Source: an uncultured Bacilli bacterium
Lineage (GTDB): Bacteria; Bacillota_I; Bacilli_A; RF39; UBA660
Direction: 5' to 3'
Length of the DNA: 32,000 nucleotides
Assembly (NCBI GenBank): GCA_944363715.1
Contig: CALVUX010000006.1
Coordinates: forward strand, 41,783 to 73,782
The stretch's first letter is position 1, and each line of letters opens with the position of its first letter. Under the pieces are notes generated by a model that did no database searches, was not told the DNA's origin, and saw nothing but the letters and a program-made list of their open reading frames with translations. The position numbers and the translations under genes were made by a program. Positions 1 to 8,880 of the stretch are shown in pieces.

Positions 1-561
1 GATATTGTTTTAGAATTAACAAATGATAAAGAAACTTCTATACTATATATATCAATAGGCAAAGATAGTATTCGCTCTACTATAGAAGGTAATAACTATA
101 AAGAAGAAGCCATTTGGAAAACATTAGATAATGATTACTATACAGACTATCAAAGAAAAGAAACAGATATAAATGCTGGCATTTATAATATCACCACAAC
201 AAAAGAACTACATGGATTTCATAATAATCAAGAAATAGTAACAAGATTAATTTCTGAACAAGATAATTATATAAAAGATAATATAACAAAAAGAATTAAT
301 AGAAAAGGATTCGGAGGAGACAATTACAAAGATACAACTACATATTATAGACAAGAAGGATTTATAATAAGAAAACATAAAAGAAGATATGAAAACAAAA
401 AAATTGGTGAATTATTAAACTACAAAGAGTATCAAATTAGTGAAGATTATAATATATATGATAAATATTTAAATCAAATTGGTCTATATAAAAAATTTGA
501 TGGTAGATTATTTAATTCTTTCTTAAGAGGAAAATGTAATGTAAAAACTCTATATAAATAA
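1..561 (+). CDS. 3' end of a hypothetical protein (5' end outside window)
   Basis: Frame 1 is open from base 1 to TAA at 559-561 (186 codons). It has no internal Met, so it is absent from the ORF track. A stop-free run this long is unlikely by chance in such AT-rich DNA. K/N/Y/D-rich with no recognisable motif. Confidence 0.45.
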   Translation, partial: DIVLELTNDKETSILYISIGKDSIRSTIEGNNYKEEAIWKTLDNDYYTDYQRKETDINAGIYNITTTKELHGFHNNQEIVTRLISEQDNYIKDNITKRINRKGFGGDNYKDTTTYYRQEGFIIRKHKRRYENKKIGELLNYKEYQISEDYNIYDKYLNQIGLYKKFDGRLFNSFLRGKCNVKTLYK

Positions 562-575
562 AGTTGGAGGTAAAA

Positions 576-1199
576 ATGAAAAATATAGAAATCAAAAAAG
601 CTTTAAAAAGACTAATCGCTATGGGAGCACTATCTTTTGTTTTAGTAACAACAGGTTGTTCTAGTAAAGAAAATAATGCTGAGCCAACTAATGAAATAAC
701 AACTGAAGTAGAAAACAATAATGAACAAGATAATGTTGAAAATAAAAATGAAGAACAATTTGATAATTTTACAAGTGAAAGAGAAGAAATTGATAGTTTA
801 ATCTATACAGAAAACTTTGAAAAAGCAGAGGAAGTATGGGGAGATTATTTTATTGATGCCATTGACTTTATATTTTATGGAAAAGAATATAAAGATACCA
901 AATTCGCTGATTTAAATCCTGAAGCACAAGCAAAGTGCGTTGAAGAACTTATCAACATGAAAAATAAAATGGATAAAATAAATCCAAATTGGAAAGAAGA
1001 TTTAAAAAGTATTAAGGGAAGCGCCATAGAAGCATACTATGATATTTTAGAAAAAATTGAACAACTTATCGGAACAGAAAATTATAATAATTTCGGAGAC
1101 TTAATAAACAGTGGAATAGATGGATTAAAAAATGTAGGAAATGATGTAGGAGACTCACTTAACAATTTTTACCAAGGATATAAAAATAACCGTAAATAG
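576..1199 (+). CDS. Putative lipoprotein
   Basis: ATG 576 lies 5 nt after GGAGG (566-570). The N-terminal signal peptide ends in a lipobox-like LVTTGC. The rest is acidic and hydrophilic. Confidence 0.75.
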   Translation: MKNIEIKKALKRLIAMGALSFVLVTTGCSSKENNAEPTNEITTEVENNNEQDNVENKNEEQFDNFTSEREEIDSLIYTENFEKAEEVWGDYFIDAIDFIFYGKEYKDTKFADLNPEAQAKCVEELINMKNKMDKINPNWKEDLKSIKGSAIEAYYDILEKIEQLIGTENYNNFGDLINSGIDGLKNVGNDVGDSLNNFYQGYKNNRK

Positions 1200-1228
1200 T
1201 GAATTATGTAAAGTAATCACTATTTTTT
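1197..1228 (+). terminator. Weak hairpin plus T-run after the lipoprotein gene
   Basis: TAGTGA (1197-1202) pairs with TCACTA (1217-1222) and is followed by TTTTTT (1223-1228). The loop is large, so this is only moderate. Confidence 0.4.
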
Positions 1229-1284
1229 CTTGTCAATTGACATTACTTAGATTATAATGGTTATAAGAGTAAAGGATGATATAT

Positions 1285-2001
1285 ATGGATAAACATGTTA
1301 GAATTATAACTGTAAGTGCTCTTTCCTTACTTGGAATTCTTTGTATTTCATCAGGAGTAATGTATAATTCATTGCAAGCAAATAATGTAGAAGAAAAAGT
1401 ACTAGTTATAGTTGAACAAAAACAAGTAAGTAAAGAAAGCGATATTGACATAAAATTAAAAAATTTAACTATTGAAGTTAACACCCCTTTAAGTGTCAAG
1501 ATAATTGACTATTTAGATAGTGCTGTTTCAGATGAAGTTCTTGCAAATCTAAAGCTTGATACAAGTGGTGTCAATGTTACTGAACCTGGAACATATAATT
1601 ACACAGTAACATATAAAAAGAAAGTTTATCAAGGTATCATTGTTGTAAAAGAAAAAGAAGTAAACACAAATATTTTACAAAGTATAACTTTAAAAACTGT
1701 AAATATAAATGTAGGTACTGCTTTACCAACTGATGTAAGTAACTATGTAATAGAGCCACTTACTGATGATATAAAAGCAACTATACTAATTGATCTTAGC
1801 AAAGTTAATGTAAACAAAGCAGGTAGTTATCAATATACAATTACATACAATAATAGCATTTATACTGGTACTATTGTAGTAACTGAAACACAACCTACTT
1901 TATCTACTGATATAGGAGAAAATACTAATACAAATCCACCACAATCTGAAGAACAAAATCCTCCTACTACAGAAAACGAAAATAATACTCAAACTAATTA
2001 A
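1285..2001 (+). CDS. Membrane-anchored or secreted protein with two ~60-aa internal repeats and a P/T/N/E-rich tail
   Basis: AAAGGA RBS lies 8 nt before ATG 1285. N-terminal hydrophobic segment. Two similar modules end in GTYNYTVTYKKKVYQGIIVVKE and GSYQYTITYNNSIYTGTIVVTE. Confidence 0.7.
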   Translation: MDKHVRIITVSALSLLGILCISSGVMYNSLQANNVEEKVLVIVEQKQVSKESDIDIKLKNLTIEVNTPLSVKIIDYLDSAVSDEVLANLKLDTSGVNVTEPGTYNYTVTYKKKVYQGIIVVKEKEVNTNILQSITLKTVNINVGTALPTDVSNYVIEPLTDDIKATILIDLSKVNVNKAGSYQYTITYNNSIYTGTIVVTETQPTLSTDIGENTNTNPPQSEEQNPPTTENENNTQTN

Positions 2002-2002
2002 A

Positions 2003-2026
2003 ACTTCCACAAAGGGAAGTTTTTTT
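2003..2026 (+). terminator. Rho-independent terminator between convergent genes
   Basis: ACTTCC (2003-2008) pairs with GGAAGT (2015-2020) and is followed by TTTTTT (2021-2026). Confidence 0.6.
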
Positions 2027-2969
2027 ATAACATATTTTTCTTCTTTAAGATAAGAGCAACTATAAGTGATAAAAGTAGTGATAATAATAGTAGTAAAACA
2101 AAAGCATAAGGATTATCAGCAAACTTACCAAAAGTAACGTTCATACCCATAAAAGAGGCTACCATTGTAGGAATAGAAAATACGATTGTAATACCTGCTA
2201 AAAATTTCATAATAGTATTAAGATTATTAGAAATAATAGTAGCAACAGTATCAGTAGTACTAGATAAAATTCCTCTATATAAATCAGCCATCTCTATCGC
2301 CTGGTTATTTTCAATAATTGCATCCTCAAGTAAATCTTCATCTTCTTCATATAACTCTATTACATTACCTTTTAATATCTTATCAAGAACAACTCCATTA
2401 CTCTTTAAAGCTGTAATTATATAAGTCAAACTATTCTCAATAGAAAGTAAATTTAAAAGTTCTTGATTCTTAGTAGCATTTAAAATATTAGATTCAGCTA
2501 CTTCTATTTTATTATCTATTTCTCTTAGCATTTTCAAATAAAGCAGTGCAAGTTTATAAATCATCTGAATAATAAATCTACTTTTCTTATAAGTATAAAA
2601 CTCTTTAACCTTACCTTTAGTAAACTCATCAATAATACTATATTTCTGTAAACAAACTGTCACAATATAATCATTCCTAACAACTAAAATACCTATAGGA
2701 AGTGTTGTAATAGTTTTAATTTTATTCTTAATTTCATAAACAGGCACATCTAAAAGAAGCATCTTAACTCCCTCTTCTTCATCAATACGAGGTTTCTCAT
2801 CATCATCTATTATACTCATAATAAAGTTCTTCTTAATACCAAGAGCATTAACAACTTCATCTATCTCTGCTTCCGTAGGATTAACTAAATTAACCCAACT
2901 ACCTACCTCATAAGTATCTATTCTACTAAATTCTCCACTAGTAACATCTGTATTATATATTTTCAACAT
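2025..2969 (-). CDS. corA: CorA-family Mg2+/Co2+ transporter
   Basis: GMN signature (FMGMNV) sits between two C-terminal TM helices, with a CorA-like soluble N-domain of the right length. Start placed at ATG 2969 (MLKIYN), 8 nt after AGGAG. Confidence 0.85.
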   Translation of the reverse strand: MLKIYNTDVTSGEFSRIDTYEVGSWVNLVNPTEAEIDEVVNALGIKKNFIMSIIDDDEKPRIDEEEGVKMLLLDVPVYEIKNKIKTITTLPIGILVVRNDYIVTVCLQKYSIIDEFTKGKVKEFYTYKKSRFIIQMIYKLALLYLKMLREIDNKIEVAESNILNATKNQELLNLLSIENSLTYIITALKSNGVVLDKILKGNVIELYEEDEDLLEDAIIENNQAIEMADLYRGILSSTTDTVATIISNNLNTIMKFLAGITIVFSIPTMVASFMGMNVTFGKFADNPYAFVLLLLLSLLLSLIVALILKKKNML

Positions 2970-2992
2970 AATCATCACTCCTTTTTATATCA

Positions 2993-4198
2993 TTAACTTT
3001 TCAAAGTATCATTCTTATCTTTAATACTTTCTCTATCATTAGCATTCTTTATCAAAGAAAGATAAAACTCTTCTATATTAGTATCTTTATTCTGAAACAT
3101 CATCTCATCAACAAGTTCATTTTTACTCTTATAGACAATACATCCATTTTCTTCTTTAAATTCATAATTTAACTGCGGATACTTATAAAATAAAGTTGTT
3201 TTATCTTTTATAAAGTCTGCAAATAAGTCATTAATATTAACAAGCTCTCCCTCAATTTCTCTTAAAGGATTATCTAATCTTGTTAAATCATTATTAATAA
3301 CACCCGAAAGGCTTAAAGCATTCTCTTCACTTACTTCAAAGCCTAAACTTCTTAAATAATTAGTCCCAGCACGATAAGAAAAAGCATTCGCTTCTATTTC
3401 ATGAAGATTCTTAACATAGTTTTTATCATTAAAATAGATATCCTGATTATATTCTCTAAGTAACATCTCTTTTAAAGCTAGGATATCATAGATACTACTA
3501 ACTTTACCTTTACTCTCTAAATAAGTTCTATAAGTATGCATCATTTCATGAGGTAAAACATAAAATATTGAAATATCTCCTTTATCATAAAAATTATCCA
3601 TTACTTCTTTATCTAGATAAACATAATAATGAGAAGCTAAACCTTCAACATTCTCTCCTAAATTACGTATATAAAATCTACTATCTTTACTAATCTTTCT
3701 AGTATCAGAAAGAACTAAATGATTAATTACTTTTTCTATTAACTCTTTACTAAGACTATTTTTTCTTAAAACTACATTTCTAAGTATTATATCTCTTAAT
3801 ACGTTATCTATATCTAAGAAGATATCATTACTAAAAATTCCCTCTAAAAGTTTGATATCTAAATCACTATAATCACTAGTACTCTCTAATTCTTTAATAA
3901 TACTATTTGTTTCTTTAGTTAAATCTAATTGTTCTAAAACATGATTAAAGATATCACTACTGTTAGCAAGTTTATATAAGTATAAAGTTATCTCTTTATC
4001 TACATTATCTTTATTTAAATAAGGTATTATAGAAGAAATGTTAAGATAGCTTTCCTTTAACTCTTCATTAAAACTACCACAATATTCACAAGTAAATGTT
4101 TGATAATTATAAGTACCACCACAGCTTGAACAATTAATGTTTTTACAAAAGATATTTATACTATTAATTAAGTTCTCTTTGTAATTCTGATTTAACAT
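2993..4198 (-). CDS. Hypothetical protein with an N-terminal zinc ribbon and an HExxH motif
   Basis: CSSCGG...CEYCGS four-Cys ribbon near the N-terminus. HEMMH mid-protein suggests a zinc metallopeptidase-like fold. GGGAG RBS before ATG 4198. Confidence 0.65.
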   Translation of the reverse strand: MLNQNYKENLINSINIFCKNINCSSCGGTYNYQTFTCEYCGSFNEELKESYLNISSIIPYLNKDNVDKEITLYLYKLANSSDIFNHVLEQLDLTKETNSIIKELESTSDYSDLDIKLLEGIFSNDIFLDIDNVLRDIILRNVVLRKNSLSKELIEKVINHLVLSDTRKISKDSRFYIRNLGENVEGLASHYYVYLDKEVMDNFYDKGDISIFYVLPHEMMHTYRTYLESKGKVSSIYDILALKEMLLREYNQDIYFNDKNYVKNLHEIEANAFSYRAGTNYLRSLGFEVSEENALSLSGVINNDLTRLDNPLREIEGELVNINDLFADFIKDKTTLFYKYPQLNYEFKEENGCIVYKSKNELVDEMMFQNKDTNIEEFYLSLIKNANDRESIKDKNDTLKS

Positions 4199-4319
4199 CT
4201 AATAACTCCCTATATTTTTTTATTTGATATAAAATTAATAATTTCTTCTCTTCATCTTTTTCTTTAACATATAACTGTTCTAGTACTTTAATCTTCTCTT
4301 CTATACTTATATTATTCAT
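4164..4319 (-). CDS. Possible 51-aa small charged protein, translationally coupled to fhs
   Basis: My own translation gives MNNISIEEKIKVLEQLYVKEKDEEKKLLILYQIKKYRELLDVKSELQRELN. Its ATG overlaps the fhs stop as TAATG (4317-4321). It is too short for the ORF track and overlaps the next gene by 35 nt. Confidence 0.25.
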   Translation of the reverse strand: MNNISIEEKIKVLEQLYVKEKDEEKKLLILYQIKKYRELLDVKSELQRELN

Positions 4320-5914
4320 TAAAATAACCCCTTTATCTCCCCATCTACTAAATCTATATTTTCATAATTAGGCTTCTTAGGTAGTCCTGGCATTGTATAA
4401 ATTTTACCAGAAAGTACGGTAATAAAACCTGCTCCTCTATTTATAATTAAATCTCTTACATGAAGTATATTATCTTTAGGATATCCTAATAGTTTAGGAT
4501 TATCACTTATCGAATATTGTGTTTTCGCTACACAAATTGGAAGATAAGATAAGCCTAATTTATCTATAAGTTTTAACTTTTCCTCTGCTACATCACTATA
4601 CTCTACATAATTAGAGTTATAAACAAGCTTATTAAGTTTATTTATTTTATTCTTTATACTATCACTTTTATCAACTAAAGGTTTAAAGTTATTAGATGAT
4701 TCACAAGACTTAATAACTGTCTTAGCAAGGTCTATCGCTCCTTCTCCTCCCTTACTATAAGCATTACTAACTTCACAAGGATAACCTAAATTATTAACAT
4801 AATCTTTTATATAATTAATATCTTCATTACTATCATCATTAAATTTATTAAGACAAACAACTATAGGTACATTATAATTCTTTAAATGATTAAGATGAGC
4901 ATCTATATTACATATGCCCTTTTCTAATGAACCATCACCGTTATATTTCAAAGCTCTAACAGTAACAACTAAAACAATAGTAGAAGGAGTAATAGAAGCG
5001 GTAGGACATACTATATCAAGAAACTTTTCAGCACCTAAATCACTACCAAAACCTGCTTCTGTAATAACATAATCAGATAAACTTCTAGCAAGCTTTATTG
5101 AGGTAATACTACTACAACCATGAGCAATATTAGCGAATGGACCACCATGGATAATAGCAGGTGTTCCTTCTAAAGTCTGTACCAAATTAGGTTTAAAAGC
5201 ATTACTTAACAAAACAGTCAAAGCTCCTTCTAATTTTAAATCATGAACATAAATAGGTTCATCCATACTATTAAAACCAACTATTATCTTAGATAATCTT
5301 TTCTTTAAATCATCTATATCAGTAGCAAGACAAAATAAAGCCATAACCTCACTAGCAGAAGTTATATTAAAGTGATCTATATATTCACCACTCTTACACT
5401 CTAACTTAACATCTCTTAAACTTCTATCATTAACATCTAAACAACGATTAAAAGTTACTTTCTTAATATCTAGACTATTTCCTTGCTCTATATGATTATA
5501 AACAGCCGCACTAATCAAGTTATTAGCAGAAGTTATCGCATGAAAATCTCCTGTAAAATGTAAATTAATATCTTCCATCGGAACAACTTGACTAAAACCT
5601 CCTCCAGTCGCTCCACCTTTAATTCCAAAAACAGGTCCTAAAGAAGGTTCTCTTAAAGCAAGACATACATTTTTATTAAGCTTATTAAAAGCATCTGCAA
5701 GCCCAATACTAACAGTAGTCTTACCTTCTCCATAAGGAGTAGGATTAATTGCCGTTACCAAGATAACTTTACCAGACTTATCTCCCATATCTTTAACAAT
5801 CTTAGCTTTACCCCTCCCATACATTTCTATATCATCTAAAGAAAGATTAAGCTTACTGGCAATTGTCTTAATATCTTTTAGTTTTACACTATGAGCGATT
5901 TCTAAATCAGTCAT
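4319..5914 (-). CDS. fhs: Formate--tetrahydrofolate ligase
   Basis: N-terminus MTDLEIAHSVKLKDIK, nucleotide loop TPYGEGKTT, and length and overall pattern typical of FTHFS. ATG 5914 follows GGAGGTGA. Confidence 0.92.
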   Translation of the reverse strand: MTDLEIAHSVKLKDIKTIASKLNLSLDDIEMYGRGKAKIVKDMGDKSGKVILVTAINPTPYGEGKTTVSIGLADAFNKLNKNVCLALREPSLGPVFGIKGGATGGGFSQVVPMEDINLHFTGDFHAITSANNLISAAVYNHIEQGNSLDIKKVTFNRCLDVNDRSLRDVKLECKSGEYIDHFNITSASEVMALFCLATDIDDLKKRLSKIIVGFNSMDEPIYVHDLKLEGALTVLLSNAFKPNLVQTLEGTPAIIHGGPFANIAHGCSSITSIKLARSLSDYVITEAGFGSDLGAEKFLDIVCPTASITPSTIVLVVTVRALKYNGDGSLEKGICNIDAHLNHLKNYNVPIVVCLNKFNDDSNEDINYIKDYVNNLGYPCEVSNAYSKGGEGAIDLAKTVIKSCESSNNFKPLVDKSDSIKNKINKLNKLVYNSNYVEYSDVAEEKLKLIDKLGLSYLPICVAKTQYSISDNPKLLGYPKDNILHVRDLIINRGAGFITVLSGKIYTMPGLPKKPNYENIDLVDGEIKGLF

Positions 5915-5958
5915 CAAATCACCTCCAAAACTACTCTTATTATATGCTAAAACTAAAG

Positions 5959-5983
5959 AAAAAACTAGTCTAAAATAAGACTA
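5959..5983 (-). terminator. Hairpin plus T-run after tmk
   Basis: TAGTCT (5966-5971) pairs with AGACTA (5978-5983). On the minus strand it is followed by TTTTTT (plus-strand A-run 5959-5964). Confidence 0.5.
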
Positions 5984-6643
5984 ATTAATAATACCCTTTA
6001 CTATAGAATAAATCTCCCTACTTATATCATCAATACTACGCAACTTACCATCACTACTACATTCTATTACTTTAAAGTCATATTTATCTGCAACATATAA
6101 ACTATTATCATAGACTTTATCTAAAAAGACATTATCTTTTTCATTAATATCTCCTTCTACTCCATCAGTATCTCTATTTTTTCTAAGTTCTTTTGCAATA
6201 GATTTATCTAGTTTTAAAAAGATAACTAAATCAGGTTTCTTAAGACCAAGTTTATTATATTCATAATCTGTTATATAGTCTAAAAACTCATCCTTTTTTT
6301 CTCGTTCAAATAAAGATCCTTGATAAATTAGATTAGACGTTGTATATCTATCTAACAAAACTATCTTACCACTATCTAAGGCTTCTTTTAATTCATTATG
6401 ATAAGCACAGAATCTATCAACAGCATAAAAACTACTAATTGCATAAGGACCTATACATTCTCTTTTACCTAAATTACCCTTTAAATATTCCTCAACTAAA
6501 CTTGCTCCTACACTACCATAACTAGGAAAGTGATGATAAACTACTTCCTTTCCAGATTGAACTAATTTATTATATAATTCTTTAACTTGTGTAGTTTTAC
6601 CTACTCCATCACTAACGCCTTCAATTACAATTAATTTTCCCAT
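5981..6643 (-). CDS. tmk: Thymidylate kinase (dTMP kinase family)
   Basis: P-loop EGVSDGVGKTTQ, DRY-type motif LLDRYTTSNLIYQG, ~220 aa. GGAGG RBS upstream of ATG 6643. Confidence 0.8.
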   Translation of the reverse strand: MGKLIVIEGVSDGVGKTTQVKELYNKLVQSGKEVVYHHFPSYGSVGASLVEEYLKGNLGKRECIGPYAISSFYAVDRFCAYHNELKEALDSGKIVLLDRYTTSNLIYQGSLFEREKKDEFLDYITDYEYNKLGLKKPDLVIFLKLDKSIAKELRKNRDTDGVEGDINEKDNVFLDKVYDNSLYVADKYDFKVIECSSDGKLRSIDDISREIYSIVKGIIN

Positions 6644-6855
6644 ATCTTAACCTCCAAGTATATTATAAATGAAAAAAATTGAAATTTATATGAATTTTGT
6701 AAATTCAAAGAAATTTTAACCCGAATTTACTAATTTCACCCCGTGAATTTACAAAATTGGCCCCAAAAAACACCCTCAATTTGCAAAATTCACAATTTGC
6801 AAGTTTTTTTAGTCCATGCTAGAGTAAGCCTCGTTAAGAAAAAAGGAGGAAATTT

Positions 6856-8352
6856 ATGAAAAAAATATTATTATTCTTAACTCTAAGTTTTATTTATTTA
6901 ATAAGTTCTACCACTATTGTAAATGCAAGTGCTGATTCTTTTTATGAAGGGGAGTATATTGATAATATTTATATGGTTAGATATGATAAAAACACAAAAA
7001 CAAAATATTATCAAAAAGCTAGGACTTATAGAAGAACAAGTGATGGAAGACTTGCTTACTGTCTACAACCATTTAAGGTATTTAATCCAAGTGATAACAC
7101 TTATGAAACTGTTGACACACTACCTGAAATAAGTAGTGAGACTCTAGAAAAACTAAGAGATATCATTGGCTTTGGTTATGGTTATTCATCTCACGGGTAT
7201 GATATGAAATGGTATGCTGTAACTCAACTTATGATTTGGCAAACAGTAGAACCAGACTGTGAGTTTTACTTTACTGACACCCTTAATGGTAATAAAATAA
7301 ACATCTATGATGATGAAATAGCAAGAATAAATGAACTAATAACCAATAGTTACAAAGTACCAAGCTTTCACAATCAAACATTTTATGGAATAGTAAATAA
7401 ACCTATCACAATTGAAGATACAAATAATGTCTTATATAACTTTGTTATAAGACCAAATGACATAATAGTAGATGGAAACACTATTACTGTAACTAAAGAT
7501 GCTCCTGGATGCTATGAAACAGAACTTTCAAGAAATTATAAATATACAACACCTGTATTATTCTACTATAATCCTAATAGTCAACATCTAGCAGTTACAG
7601 GAAGTCCTTACAACAAGAGTACAAAAGTTACTTTCTGTTTTAACGAATTAAAATTAAGCATCAAAAAGATTGATAAAGATACAGGAACAACAGAAAGTAT
7701 TGGAGAAGCTTCTTTAAAAGATGCAGTTTTCACTCTTTATAACAAGAACATGGATAAAATTACAGATTTAACTTTAAATGAAAACATGGAAGCATCTATA
7801 TCTAGCAATGATATTGATTTAGACTATGGTACTTACTATCTTAAAGAAACTAAGACAGGAACAGGTTATCTACCTAATGATAAGGTATATGAAATAAACT
7901 TTACAGGAGATAATCCTACTATAGATTTAACTATTGAAAATAAAGTTATAGAAAAAGAAGTAACTATCAAAAAGTTATATGGTGATGGCAAGTTAATGCA
8001 AACAGAACCTAATATTACTTTTGAAATTTATGATAAAGATAATAATCTAGTTAAAAGTATAACAACAAATCAAAATGGAATAGCAAAGATAACTCTACCC
8101 TATGGTCATTACAAAATAGTACAAGTTAATACTACTGAAGGATATACAAAGATTAAACCATTTGAAATATTTATAAGTGCTATAGATAAAGACTATTACT
8201 ATACTATTAATGACTATAAAATACCAAAAGAAGAAACACCTAAAGAAACAATATCAATAGAAGTACCAAATACAAGTACTAAAGATTACAACTACCACTT
8301 ATTAAGTTTAATATTACCTACATATTTAATTGTTAAGAAAAAGTTTAGTTAG
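6856..8352 (+). CDS. Cell-wall-anchored surface adhesin: thioester domain plus two Cna-B/SpaA-like domains
   Basis: Signal peptide (cleavage near VNA/SA). Thioester-domain signatures AYCLQP (Cys) and VTQLMIWQ (Gln). Two prealbumin-like repeats (IKKIDKDTG...GTYYLKETKTGTGY and IKKLYGDG...GHYKIVQVNTTEGY). The C-terminal sorting-signal layout is VPNTST, then a hydrophobic stretch, then KKK. Confidence 0.85.
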   Translation: MKKILLFLTLSFIYLISSTTIVNASADSFYEGEYIDNIYMVRYDKNTKTKYYQKARTYRRTSDGRLAYCLQPFKVFNPSDNTYETVDTLPEISSETLEKLRDIIGFGYGYSSHGYDMKWYAVTQLMIWQTVEPDCEFYFTDTLNGNKINIYDDEIARINELITNSYKVPSFHNQTFYGIVNKPITIEDTNNVLYNFVIRPNDIIVDGNTITVTKDAPGCYETELSRNYKYTTPVLFYYNPNSQHLAVTGSPYNKSTKVTFCFNELKLSIKKIDKDTGTTESIGEASLKDAVFTLYNKNMDKITDLTLNENMEASISSNDIDLDYGTYYLKETKTGTGYLPNDKVYEINFTGDNPTIDLTIENKVIEKEVTIKKLYGDGKLMQTEPNITFEIYDKDNNLVKSITTNQNGIAKITLPYGHYKIVQVNTTEGYTKIKPFEIFISAIDKDYYYTINDYKIPKEETPKETISIEVPNTSTKDYNYHLLSLILPTYLIVKKKFS

Positions 8353-8875
8353 TATATTACTACTAACAGCATACTTAGGTAGTTGTCTATTAATATATAA
8401 TACCGAAACAAACACCAAGAGTATTAAAACTACAAACATAGAAAATAGTACTAATACTGCAAATTATATTAATAATAAAAATATACAAACAGATAATGAA
8501 ATAATTGGTACTTTAACAATAGAAAAGTTAAACTTATCTAAAAGTATTTATAATATTAACAGTTCTCATAATAATGTTGAAGAAAATGTTACTATTTTAA
8601 ATGATGATATAAATCTAATAGTCTTAGCAGCACATTCAGGACCTGGGTACATTGCATTCTTCAATGATTTAGACAAACTAGAGTTAAATGATACTATTAA
8701 TCTAACATATAAAGGTAAAGGCTTAGTATACAAAGTAACAAACATAGAAGAACAAGCTAAAGATGGAACTATAGAAATAAATAAAACTAACAAACAAAGA
8801 TTAATACTAACTACTTGCAGTAAGAAAAATAAAAATAAACAGTTAGTAATAACAACAGAAAAAATAGATGCCTAA
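8330..8875 (+). CDS. Sortase (cysteine transpeptidase)
   Basis: N-terminal TM anchor, catalytic His context LAAHSG and the TLxTC-type motif LILTTCS. The only canonical in-frame start before the TM segment is TTG 8330, which overlaps the adhesin gene by 23 nt. The start is uncertain. Confidence 0.8.
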   Translation: MLRKSLVSILLLTAYLGSCLLIYNTETNTKSIKTTNIENSTNTANYINNKNIQTDNEIIGTLTIEKLNLSKSIYNINSSHNNVEENVTILNDDINLIVLAAHSGPGYIAFFNDLDKLELNDTINLTYKGKGLVYKVTNIEEQAKDGTIEINKTNKQRLILTTCSKKNKNKQLVITTEKIDA

Positions 8876-8880
8876 AACAT

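Noticed and set aside
8330-8352. The 23-nt adhesin/sortase overlap considered as a programmed frameshift or fusion
   Set aside because: The adhesin ends with a complete sorting-signal layout (motif, hydrophobic stretch, KKK) and the sortase begins with its own TM anchor. Two separate proteins are the simpler reading, and only the sortase start codon is uncertain.
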